From Candidatus Spyradenecus sp. (GTDB taxonomy: Bacteria > Verrucomicrobiota > Verrucomicrobiia > Opitutales > UBA953): a DNA stretch of 64,000 nt. The notes beneath the pieces are model-generated. The model did not search any database and was not told where the DNA came from. It saw only the letters and a program-made list of their open reading frames with translations. A program made the position numbers and the translations under genes. The DNA lies in NCBI GenBank assembly GCA_045535075.1, contig JAZSKX010000014.1, positions 174,373 through 238,372 on the forward strand. Direction: 5' to 3'. The stretch's first letter is position 1, and every line of letters starts with the position of its first letter. Below are positions 40,068 through 49,112 of this stretch, piece after piece.

Positions 40068-41253
40068 ATTTATCCGCCAAGCGATAAATGGCGAGAATAT
40101 CGTCCGAATAAAGCTTGCGAAAATTACCTTGCGGGATTTCGCTCCCGTCGCGTGAACGTGAAAGCACGGCTTTCTTTGCCATTTCTTCGAATCGGGAATC
40201 GTCCGGAATGCCGAGTTCCCGCATCGTTGTCGGCAAACCGAGTTCCCGCCAAAAGGCTTCGAGCGCATCAATTCCTGCGATAGCAAGTGCTTTTCCGTCG
40301 GGAGCAGAAATTCCGAAAACCTTTTCTGCGAAGCGGGCAAATCGAGCCGTGTCCGTTTGATGCACGTAGCGCATCCATGCGGGAACGACGGTTGCCAAAC
40401 CGGCGCCGTGTGCGACATCGTAAATCGCACTGATTTCGTGTTCCATACCGTGCGAAGCCCAATCCTGTACGCGCCCGAGCCCGAGCAGATTGTTGTGCGC
40501 GAGCGTTCCCGCGAAACCGATCTCCGCCCACGCGTTATAATCACTCGGGTTTTTCATCAGTTTCCGGGCATTGGCGATAATTGTGCGTAGCGTCGCTTCG
40601 CAGAGTTCGTCGGTGAGTTCGACGTACGGCGTGCGCGTGAAGTAGCGCTCGAAAATATGGCACATCATATCGCAAACGCCGTTGGCGATTTGATTTTTCG
40701 GTAAGGTAAAAAAGAGTTCCGGATTAAGAATGCTGAAAACAGGGCGGAGCAGGTCGCTCCCGTAGCCGAGTTTGAGTTGTGTCGCGTCGTCGGTGATGAC
40801 GGTATTCGGGCTTGCCTCGGAACCGGTTGCGGGAAGAGTCAGAATCGTTGCGACCGGAATGGCTTTTTTTATCTGATCTCGGGAAATAAAATTCCCCCAG
40901 ACATCGCCGTTTTCTTCGGGAACTCCCATTGCAATCGCTTTTGCTGAATCGACAACGCTTCCGCCTCCGACGGCAAGAATAAGCGTAATTTTTTCCCGAC
41001 GGCAAATTTCAATGCCTTCGCGCACGAGATCAAGACGCGGATTCGGAACGACGCCGCCGAGTTCGACAAGCTCGACTCCGTGTTCCCGCAAGGAAGCAAT
41101 GACGGTGTCGTAAAGCCCGCTTCGTTTGATGCTTCCGCCGCCGAAATGGAGTAAAATCTTGTTTGCTATCTTTTTGACTTCCTCCCCGACTCTGTTTTGC
41201 GTGCTACGTCCGTAAATGATTTTCGTGTGATTATGGTAGGTGAAATTTTCCAT
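40066..41253 (-). CDS. iron-containing (group III) alcohol dehydrogenase, YqhD/BdhA-like
   Basis: GGGSVVDSAKAI and HGMEHEISAIYDVAHGAGLA metal-binding blocks. Confidence 0.85.
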   Translation of the reverse strand: MENFTYHNHTKIIYGRSTQNRVGEEVKKIANKILLHFGGGSIKRSGLYDTVIASLREHGVELVELGGVVPNPRLDLVREGIEICRREKITLILAVGGGSVVDSAKAIAMGVPEENGDVWGNFISRDQIKKAIPVATILTLPATGSEASPNTVITDDATQLKLGYGSDLLRPVFSILNPELFFTLPKNQIANGVCDMMCHIFERYFTRTPYVELTDELCEATLRTIIANARKLMKNPSDYNAWAEIGFAGTLAHNNLLGLGRVQDWASHGMEHEISAIYDVAHGAGLATVVPAWMRYVHQTDTARFARFAEKVFGISAPDGKALAIAGIDALEAFWRELGLPTTMRELGIPDDSRFEEMAKKAVLSRSRDGSEIPQGNFRKLYSDDILAIYRLADK

Positions 41254-41269
41254 AAGTGTAATGGCTCGA

Positions 41270-43474
41270 CTATCTCTTCTTAAAAGAAAGTTCGACGGAA
41301 GGATTTTTCGCGTCGGCGGCGCAAACGTATTCGATGCGAATCTTGTGCGTTCCCGCCGCGAGATTCACGCCGCGCATTCCCGTCGGGTTTTCCGTTCCGA
41401 CGTTCGCGTAGGATTTCGCTTCCGTGCCGGGTTTGTAAAGCTTGTCCGCGTCGATGAGCTGAATGTCGTAAAGATGGACGAAGGCTTTGCTTCCCTTGTT
41501 TTTGTCCGTTTTGAGGGAAAAAACATATTCGCCTTCTTCGGGAACGGAAATCGTGCCTTCAATCAAAATGCCGCGCGCGCCGCGCCCGTCGATAAATTTT
41601 TGCGGCAAGAGATTTTTGCCGAGCGGTTTTTCCTCCTTGCCGGAGAGCACGGGCTTTAAGTGCGTTTGGCGAAAATCCGGTACCCACGGGAACGCTTTGT
41701 CCGACGCAAAGGCTTTGTATTCAAATTTTAATTGCGTTGAATCGCCGGATTTTCCGACGGCGGGAACGGGATTTTTTTCAAAGAAAACTTTTTGCGAGAA
41801 ATCGAGTCCGCGCGTGTATTCGTGCGGATGTTTTCCGTCGAAAGCGCGGCGGGAACGCAACGCTTTGTCGCGCAGTTTTTGCTGGAAATCTTCGCCGAAG
41901 CCGGGCTTGCCCGCGAGATTTTTGCTTTCCTGAGGGTCTTTTAGTGTATCGTAAATTTCAAATACAACGGCGCCGTCGCCGGAAAATTTTGTATTTTCAT
42001 TTAAATTACGCGCCAAGCCTTTGTAGCCGTCAACCCAAACGACAAGCTGATTGCGGCGCGACAGCCCGTGGTGTGCGGGAACGAAATCGCCGCGCCGGCT
42101 TGAAGAGCCGCCGACGGAATATTCGCAGTAAATTTGCCCGGGCATTTGCTCGCCGCGCCCCGTCAGCGTCGGCAGAATCGACACGCCGTCCGAGCCTGAC
42201 GGAATTTCTATTCCGGCGGCATCGGCGAAGGTCGCGAGCCAGTCGTGGAATTGCGAGGGTTCGGTGGTCGTTTTTTTCTTCGGAATAAATTTCGGCCAGC
42301 GCACGATGGCGGGAACGCGCAAGCCGCCTTCGAACACGTCACGCTTGATGCCGTCCATCATGCCGTAAGACTTAAAAAACGCGGGATCCTGCGCCGGAGA
42401 GCCGGACGCGAAAAATGCGGTGCGCGCGCTGTCGTTGCCGGGTTCTTCATGCGGACCGTTGTCGGAAGTGAAAACGACCATCGTGTTGTCGTCGATTTTC
42501 AAATCTTTGAGCAGTTTGAAAAGGTCCGCCATCGCGTCGTCTACGCGGCGAATCATTGTCGAGTGGCGGCGGGCGGCATCGGTCGCGAAGTTTTTATTAT
42601 CGGGGTGAATGTAGGAATCGGGCGCGCCGAGTTTCGGGTCGGCAGTGTTGACGGTGCCGTTTTTCGTCCATTGGACGCCGCCTTTGATCCCGCCGCCTGA
42701 GGGATACGCGCAATTCGGCACGCGCAGAGAGCCGTGCGGAGCAGGGAGCGCGAGGTAAACGAAAAACGGCTGGCGCGGGTTGGTTTTTGTGCTTTTGACG
42801 ATCCAGTCTTTGGCGCGCGCGGTAAAAAGGTCTGTCGAATACGCGTTCCCGCTTTTGAGCTTGGGCGTTACATTTGTTTCGTTTTCCCAAACGTAGCGAC
42901 CGCAGTTCGCGGGGTAGTGATAATGCCCGGCGAGATGGTCGAAAATGCCGTAAAAATAATCGAATCCGCGTTCCCGTGCGCGGGCGAATCCGGTGTTTCC
43001 GGTTGAGCCGTTCCCGACGCCGCCGATACCCCATTTGCCGATGGCGGCGGTCGTGTAGCCGGCGGCTTGGAGTACGGATCCAAGTGTGTGGACATCGGCG
43101 ATGGGCGTGTCAAATGTGTTGTCGCGCACTTGTCGCGTGTGCCCTTGGTGCATTCCCGTCATGAGCGACGCGCGGGCGGGAGCGCTTACGGGGCAAGCCG
43201 TGTAATGGCGGGCGAGCAGAATGCCTTCGCTTGCCATTTTGTCGAGCGTCGGTGTTTTGAAGCGATTTGGGCGGGAACGGTTTTTGAATTTTTCGCCGTA
43301 GTTCCAATTGCAATTTAAGTCGCCCCAACCCATGTCGTCCACGAGTACGAAAATGATGTTCGGGCGTGCGCCGGAAGCGTTTTTCGGGGCGGCTCCCAAA
43401 GTTTGCGGGAACACGAACGGAGTGACGGCGGATGCCAGTAGGGCGGAGCGGAAAAATTTTTTTATACAAAGCAT
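41270..43474 (-). CDS. secreted Ser-type sulfatase with C-terminal PA14-like module
   Basis: Signal peptide, NIIFVLVDDMGWGDL, and an active-site block SAPARASLMTGMH, which is the Ser variant of (C/S)xPxR. The C-terminal ~140 aa are PA14-like (EGEYVFSLKTD...). Confidence 0.8.
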   Translation of the reverse strand: MLCIKKFFRSALLASAVTPFVFPQTLGAAPKNASGARPNIIFVLVDDMGWGDLNCNWNYGEKFKNRSRPNRFKTPTLDKMASEGILLARHYTACPVSAPARASLMTGMHQGHTRQVRDNTFDTPIADVHTLGSVLQAAGYTTAAIGKWGIGGVGNGSTGNTGFARARERGFDYFYGIFDHLAGHYHYPANCGRYVWENETNVTPKLKSGNAYSTDLFTARAKDWIVKSTKTNPRQPFFVYLALPAPHGSLRVPNCAYPSGGGIKGGVQWTKNGTVNTADPKLGAPDSYIHPDNKNFATDAARRHSTMIRRVDDAMADLFKLLKDLKIDDNTMVVFTSDNGPHEEPGNDSARTAFFASGSPAQDPAFFKSYGMMDGIKRDVFEGGLRVPAIVRWPKFIPKKKTTTEPSQFHDWLATFADAAGIEIPSGSDGVSILPTLTGRGEQMPGQIYCEYSVGGSSSRRGDFVPAHHGLSRRNQLVVWVDGYKGLARNLNENTKFSGDGAVVFEIYDTLKDPQESKNLAGKPGFGEDFQQKLRDKALRSRRAFDGKHPHEYTRGLDFSQKVFFEKNPVPAVGKSGDSTQLKFEYKAFASDKAFPWVPDFRQTHLKPVLSGKEEKPLGKNLLPQKFIDGRGARGILIEGTISVPEEGEYVFSLKTDKNKGSKAFVHLYDIQLIDADKLYKPGTEAKSYANVGTENPTGMRGVNLAAGTHKIRIEYVCAADAKNPSVELSFKKR

Positions 43475-43543
43475 AAATTATAATTAAAAGATAATTACAA
43501 CGAGGAGGATAATCCGCTTGAGCCGAAAACGATGCGCGACGGC

Positions 43544-44665
43544 TTAGTTTACTTTACGGCACAACCATGCGGCATAAAGAAAAAGAATGATGTTGGGGGC
43601 CCATGCGGCGGCGACGGGCGGGAGCCATTGTTTGGCGCCGAGCGCGTTGAAGATGTTGGTAAGCAAAAAGTAGGCGGCGAAAAGCCCGATGGATTTGGAG
43701 ACGCCGACCATCGGATTGGTTCGTACGCCGGCAACGGCGAAAGGAATTGCGATACCGACGACGATGAGGCAACAGAACGGACTCGCCAGAATCGAATTGT
43801 AATGCACGGAATATTCTGCGACGAGGGCTGCATTTTCTTCTCCGCCCATGGAGTTGAGCAACTCGCGAATTTCGGGAATGGAAAGGTCGTCCGGGTCTTT
43901 ATTGGTTAACGCCATCAGACGCGGATTTTCCGGAAATTCCTCGCGGGAAAGCGTCATGAGGTTCTTTCCTGAAGGCTGAAATTTATCGAATGTTTTTTGG
44001 CTTTTCGGCGGTTTTGCAGGTCCGTTCCCGAAGTCGACAAGGCGTCCGTCATACAGCGTCCACGTTCCCGTGGCTTCATCGTAATATCCGGTTTCTGCGA
44101 CAATTTCCTTTGTAATCTCACCTTTTTTGTTGAAGCAGTAGATGTTTACGTTTTGAGCTTCGCCGGTATAGGACTTAAAATTAGCAATCAGCCAAATATG
44201 CCGCTCTGCAGCGTTGTTGTAAAAGAGGCGTTCACCGCGTTCGCCGGCTTTATCGTATTGCTGAATAATCCGCGCCGTGCATTCCGTGGCGTAGGGTACG
44301 AACGTTGCGTTCAACAGGAGCATCAGGACGGAAAGAAGCGCTCCCGCGACCCAGAGTGAACGTGTGATGCGGAAGATGCCGAGCCCGGCGGCGCGCCACG
44401 CCGTCAGTTCCTGATTTTTGTGAAAATGCCCGAGAATGAAGAGCAGGGAGACGAGTAGGGAGACGGGAATAACGATCGGGAGAAAGCCGACGGCCGTCAT
44501 GCCGAAAAATTCCAGCATTTTCAAGGTCGGGATTTGCCACTCGATTAAGTCTTGGAGGTCGTTATAAACCGAGGAAATAAGCAACATTCCTACCATTGCG
44601 CAAAGCGCCATGAGGAAAATTTTAAACCATTCCTTAAAAACGTGTTTGTCGATAATCGGAAGCAT
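43544..44665 (-). CDS. LptF/LptG-family (YjgP/YjgQ) permease
   Basis: IIDKHVFKEWFKIFLMAL N-terminus and a 3 TM - periplasmic domain - 3 TM layout. Confidence 0.75.
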   Translation of the reverse strand: MLPIIDKHVFKEWFKIFLMALCAMVGMLLISSVYNDLQDLIEWQIPTLKMLEFFGMTAVGFLPIVIPVSLLVSLLFILGHFHKNQELTAWRAAGLGIFRITRSLWVAGALLSVLMLLLNATFVPYATECTARIIQQYDKAGERGERLFYNNAAERHIWLIANFKSYTGEAQNVNIYCFNKKGEITKEIVAETGYYDEATGTWTLYDGRLVDFGNGPAKPPKSQKTFDKFQPSGKNLMTLSREEFPENPRLMALTNKDPDDLSIPEIRELLNSMGGEENAALVAEYSVHYNSILASPFCCLIVVGIAIPFAVAGVRTNPMVGVSKSIGLFAAYFLLTNIFNALGAKQWLPPVAAAWAPNIILFLYAAWLCRKVN

Positions 44666-44710
44666 CAGATTCTTTGAGAAGTGTAAAGGGTTTGTTCGGG
44701 AAGGCGAGAA

Positions 44711-46486
44711 TTAATGCTGTTCGAGAATTTTTTTGGCGCGTTCCCGTCGTTCAATTCTTTCTTGTTCTGCCCGTTCTTTTTTTCGTTTTTCGATGATCGC
44801 CCGGCGCTCCGCCTCTTTTTCTGCTGCGAGGGCGGCTTTTTCTTCCGTGTAAGTCGGAAGTTTGCGCGGGTAGCCTTTACAAGGAGTCCAAATCTTGGAT
44901 TCGCCTTTAAATTTATTGCGGACTTTGTTTTTTGCCTTTTCCGAAACGTCGATTTTCCAGCGTTCGAAATAGGGAACAAGGTTTTTTTCCGTCGCTTCGG
45001 CAAGCGCTACTAAGAAGAAATCCCAACGTTCCTGATTGGTTGTCGAGTTGTTGAACGGCTGTTCTTCGTGGTGGCGCAAAGCGACTTTCCGGAAGGAGTC
45101 GTAGCCGAGCCCGCGCATGAGTTCGACGAAGAAATAAAGTTTCAGGCGTACGTCTTCTTCTTTGTCGAAAGTCGTTTTGTTGTTTTTAGTCAAAAAAGCC
45201 TGGACGCTTGCTTTCATATCTTCGGGCGCGATGGAGGTTCCGTCCCAAGCCTGCTCGTAGGAGGTGCCGATCGCTTGTGTTTGACTGATTGTTGAGAAAA
45301 GATTGACCGTTACTTCCGTGCAGCCGTCAAAGCGGAAAGGTGCCCATTGATGGTTGTGTCCCAATTCGTGCCAAAGTCCCCAACTGCCTTGCTTGACGAG
45401 CATACCGCTTTTGATGCAGTTCCCCCAATCCATGTAGCCCATCGCGGGATAGCCCGAATGCCCGTAGCCGACGGAAATTTGTTCGTCGATGACAAAGCGC
45501 ATCGGCGTCGCAATTTGGTCCGGATATTTGTCCCAACCGACAAGCCAATCCTGAACCGCCATACCGCGTTGCAGGTTTTTGCAGAGCCTGCGCGGAACTT
45601 TCAGCAGGCGCAGATGCTCCGCGGGAACGGTAAAAATCAGGCGCGGAACGGCAATTTCACCCCATGGAGCCTTACATTCCGCAAGCTGCTTTTGCCACTC
45701 TTCCTGCTTAACGACGGCGATGTCGATGCCTTTGTCGTCTTTGTGCCCGAGGACAAAAAGCGGCGAAGCGATTCCGCCGGAAATTTCAACTCGGACGGGT
45801 TTATGCTTCGGGTGAACACCTTTGACATCAAGATAGATTAAGCCTCCGAACGGATTTGCCAGTTCAGCCTTTTTTTCTCCCGCCTTAATGCGGACGGTAT
45901 TCGTCATCTTGGGCGGGCGTTTTTGCGTGTTGTCGTGATGTTGTTCGAGGTGGCTTTTGGTGATGAAATCCGTGTGGCATCCGATACGCAAGTCCATGTC
46001 AAACTTGGTTTTCCCTTTAACCGATACCGTAATTTTGGCTCCCGGCGGCGCGTAAAGTCCCAAGCTGTGCCAACCGCCGACGGCGGGATCAATTTCCACC
46101 GTGCGCTCAATCAGTTCGACTTCGCCTTTGGGAACTCCCGGGAAAAATTCCGCGATGCGCGCCGCTTTGGTCCGTTTCGGGTCGCCGTTGAGAATATCGT
46201 CGATTTTTGCAATCCAAGCGTTGATTTTGGCGTTGTCCTTGCATGGTTTTTTCGGATGCGGTAAATCGTCCAAGGCGGGGTCTTTTTCCGCTGTTTCCCA
46301 GCTCCATTTGCCGATGACTTTATCTTTTTGGCAGGGAATCTTGTCGCGATACGTCGGCGCAAACGCATTGGTATCCAAGGCTTCTTCCATCGTAATTTCG
46401 TCTTTGACGGGAGCGGCAAGTCCGGAAAGCGTGTTTCCGCACAGAACGAACACGAAAAGACAGGTAAAAAAGCGCAAGAAATTCAT
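44711..46486 (-). CDS. secreted M60-like (enhancin/mucinase-type) zinc peptidase
   Basis: Signal peptide MNFLRFFTCLFVFVLCG, the WHELGHNHQ zincin motif, and a K/E/R-rich helical tail. The start was set to the ATG at 46486. Confidence 0.7.
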   Translation of the reverse strand: MNFLRFFTCLFVFVLCGNTLSGLAAPVKDEITMEEALDTNAFAPTYRDKIPCQKDKVIGKWSWETAEKDPALDDLPHPKKPCKDNAKINAWIAKIDDILNGDPKRTKAARIAEFFPGVPKGEVELIERTVEIDPAVGGWHSLGLYAPPGAKITVSVKGKTKFDMDLRIGCHTDFITKSHLEQHHDNTQKRPPKMTNTVRIKAGEKKAELANPFGGLIYLDVKGVHPKHKPVRVEISGGIASPLFVLGHKDDKGIDIAVVKQEEWQKQLAECKAPWGEIAVPRLIFTVPAEHLRLLKVPRRLCKNLQRGMAVQDWLVGWDKYPDQIATPMRFVIDEQISVGYGHSGYPAMGYMDWGNCIKSGMLVKQGSWGLWHELGHNHQWAPFRFDGCTEVTVNLFSTISQTQAIGTSYEQAWDGTSIAPEDMKASVQAFLTKNNKTTFDKEEDVRLKLYFFVELMRGLGYDSFRKVALRHHEEQPFNNSTTNQERWDFFLVALAEATEKNLVPYFERWKIDVSEKAKNKVRNKFKGESKIWTPCKGYPRKLPTYTEEKAALAAEKEAERRAIIEKRKKERAEQERIERRERAKKILEQH

Positions 46487-46614
46487 ACTCTCAGAATAAT
46501 GAAACGCCCGTGCGCCGCTCAAACAAATTCCTACGCGTAAATTTCGGCGGGAACGGGGAGCTTTCCGGTGCTTCCTCGCTTGCGTCGTGCGGCGACGCTT
46601 TTTAGATTGTCGCC

Positions 46615-47613
46615 ATGTATTTTAAGGAAGAATCCGAACGTTTCTCTAAATTGCTTGAAAAGCTTGCCGGCAAGCGCGTCGCCGTTATCGGGCATGTGCG
46701 TCCGGACGGCGATTGTATCGGTGCGCAGGTCGCTCTCTGCCGTATTTTGCGTTCCCGCGGCATTGATGCCGTTTGCGTCAATCACCATCCTGTTCCTTAT
46801 AATTTAAAAAACTTTGTCGGCGATACACCGTTTTTTCATGAGCCGGATTTTGAAAATGACGGGCGAATCGCCGTTGCCGTGGACTGCGGAAATCTTTCCC
46901 GACTCGGAAAATCGCTTCTCGAAAAGGCGTTCCCGCAAGGCGTCTTTGCGGCAATCGATCACCACGAAACCAACGAATTTTTCGCGTCCGAAGAAAACAT
47001 CGTCGTCACGCGTGCCGCGGCAACGTGTCATTTGCTCGCCGCGTTTTGCTTGGATTGCGACATTTCGATCGATCCGGTGTTGGCAAACGCGCTTTATGTC
47101 GGAATCGCGACCGATACCGGGCAATTCCAATATTCTTCGACAACGGCGGAAGTGCTTGAAATTGCGGGAAAACTCATTCGCGCAGGTGCCTCTCCGGAAT
47201 TTGTTTCACGCGAACTTTACGAACAGGAAAAATTTCAAAAACTCGAACTGCTCCAACGTTATCTCGCGACCGCGCAACTCTATGCCGACGGCAAAGTCGC
47301 TGTTGCATGGATTCCCAAAAATGCTTTTGAAGAAACGGGAACGACGCGGGAAGATGCCGACAATTTTGTCAATTATCTGCGCGGGATCGCAGGCGTTCAA
47401 ATCGCGTGTCAACTCGAACAATCGCATACGGGTGTGAAAGGAAGCCTGCGTGCGCCTAACGACCGGATTCGTGTCGATTTGCTCGCAAAAAAGTTTAACG
47501 GCGGCGGGCATATTCGCGCTGCCGGATTCAATCTTGACGGCGCCGATCTCGATCGCGACCGCGAACGAATCATTGCCGTCATTCTCGACCACCTGAACGC
47601 GTCTGCGTTCTGA
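46615..47613 (+). CDS. nrnA: DHH/DHHA1 phosphoesterase (NrnA-like oligoribonuclease/pAp phosphatase)
   Basis: GHVRPDGDCIGA, AIDHHETN and GGGHIRAAGF motifs. Confidence 0.8.
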   Translation: MYFKEESERFSKLLEKLAGKRVAVIGHVRPDGDCIGAQVALCRILRSRGIDAVCVNHHPVPYNLKNFVGDTPFFHEPDFENDGRIAVAVDCGNLSRLGKSLLEKAFPQGVFAAIDHHETNEFFASEENIVVTRAAATCHLLAAFCLDCDISIDPVLANALYVGIATDTGQFQYSSTTAEVLEIAGKLIRAGASPEFVSRELYEQEKFQKLELLQRYLATAQLYADGKVAVAWIPKNAFEETGTTREDADNFVNYLRGIAGVQIACQLEQSHTGVKGSLRAPNDRIRVDLLAKKFNGGGHIRAAGFNLDGADLDRDRERIIAVILDHLNASAF

Positions 47614-47662
47614 CGCTTACAGATTTTAGTCTTGTGTAGGATATGTTGGAGTCGTTGCTGAT

Positions 47663-48853
47663 TTATTTCCCGGGAAAATTCTCGTCGGTAGAAAAAGCTA
47701 CTAAAGCAACTTTAATTTTTCGATGAATGCGCAATAGCGACTTAAGAAGAGCTGCTGACTGGGGCGAAAGTCCCTGTTTTACAAGGAATTCTGCTTGGTA
47801 TTCCAGGGTAACGAGTGCTTGTGTGAGATTCACTTGACATCTCCCATGGTCTCTAAATCCAGGGAAACCTCTATTGATAAAATTGGAGGCAGGACAAGTG
47901 TAGCAAGTGTGTTTAATCGGACACCCTTGGCAGTAGGGGTCGTTGTGATATTCTAGGCGCTCAGGTCTGTAATCAGCAAAAACACGTGCACGTTTCCCTG
48001 CACATACCGGGGAAAACATACTGCATGGATATAGCACCCCATCCACATCATAGCACACCTTTAGCATACCTGCGCCACAGCGCTGGGAGCAGGGAGCGTC
48101 TGAATCTTCTCCACCTTTGAAAAAAGGTTCAAGTAGTGTTGGTATTACTTGTGGAAATTCAATGTAGAATTGTTTGAGCTCTCGCAATTGGGCTTCTAGG
48201 GTAATCGCGTCTTCGTGCGACCACGACACACCATTTGCCAACTGGGCCCGCAAAGAGTACCCTTTTTCTGTTGCAGTACGTATATCTTTTGCCACTGTAG
48301 ATACAGTGGCAGGACTAACAGTCATACGAAAAGACATGTCCGGCCACTCACATCGGCAAAACTCTAGAGCAGATTCAGAAAAGCAACCACGATTTTGGTG
48401 TTGTGCAGAAGTAGAACCGTCATAACTGACAGTAAGAACCACCATATCTTTATTCTGGCGAAACCATTCCTTCATTTCATCATTCAATAGTGTACCATTC
48501 GTGATTACCATAAACATGGTGGGACACACCTGTGCGCGAGGGCGCGCCCACGGAACTAGCTTCTTTATTAACTCAAAATTCAACAACGGTTCTCCTCCAA
48601 ACAGCTCTACCAGCAGCCATGAAAAACGGGGATCCTGCCGCACGAGATTCATCTGCTCACTCACACAACGCTGAGCCGTAACAAAATTCATTGAGTGCTC
48701 CGTTTTAAAATGCTCGTAACAATAGGAACAATTCAGATTGCAACTTCGCGTCAAAATAAGCGTACACGTTTTGTTTTTACGCCTAGTAAGAGGAGGTAAT
48801 TGTTCGATAATCGGGGTTAATGCTAGTTCTTTCATTAGAGTGATATAGAACAT
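47663..48853 (-). CDS. radical SAM/SPASM-domain enzyme (paralog 2)
   Basis: CNLNCSYCYE (CX3CX2C), GGEPLL, and a C-terminal Cys cluster CGAGMLKVCYDVDGVLYPC...CQGCPIKHTCYTC (SPASM pattern). The start is ambiguous among GTG 48862, ATG 48853 and ATG 48835. Confidence 0.8.
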   Translation of the reverse strand: MFYITLMKELALTPIIEQLPPLTRRKNKTCTLILTRSCNLNCSYCYEHFKTEHSMNFVTAQRCVSEQMNLVRQDPRFSWLLVELFGGEPLLNFELIKKLVPWARPRAQVCPTMFMVITNGTLLNDEMKEWFRQNKDMVVLTVSYDGSTSAQHQNRGCFSESALEFCRCEWPDMSFRMTVSPATVSTVAKDIRTATEKGYSLRAQLANGVSWSHEDAITLEAQLRELKQFYIEFPQVIPTLLEPFFKGGEDSDAPCSQRCGAGMLKVCYDVDGVLYPCSMFSPVCAGKRARVFADYRPERLEYHNDPYCQGCPIKHTCYTCPASNFINRGFPGFRDHGRCQVNLTQALVTLEYQAEFLVKQGLSPQSAALLKSLLRIHRKIKVALVAFSTDENFPGK

Positions 48854-48906
48854 CCGGCACACGAAGAGATAATGTCTCGAGTGCCGGATGGAAGCGATTT
48901 TTCTAC

Positions 48907-49050
48907 TCAGTCAGCAAAAGTACATTTGTACCCATCGCAACAACCGATGCAACCGGACTTCATTTCTGTAAGGAAGCCGTCAGCCTCGCTAACGACACCA
49001 AATTCCGTCTCGAACGCATCAAGTACGGCTCTAATCTGTAGTTCTGTCAT
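48907..49050 (-). CDS. 47-aa Cys-rich small ORF, candidate rSAM-modified precursor peptide
   Basis: My manual translation is MTELQIRAVLDAFETEFGVVSEADGFLTEMKSGCIGCCDGYKCTFAD*. It is absent from the track, which only lists ORFs of at least 60 aa. An in-frame TAA lies 9 nt upstream of the ATG. It has the same strand as, and lies between, the two rSAM genes. No clear SD sequence. Confidence 0.55.
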   Translation of the reverse strand: MTELQIRAVLDAFETEFGVVSEADGFLTEMKSGCIGCCDGYKCTFAD

Positions 49051-49112
49051 GATTTTATATTATTTATTTTGTCGTTTTTTCTTTCTTGCCGACACCATAT
49101 CGGCAAAATTTG

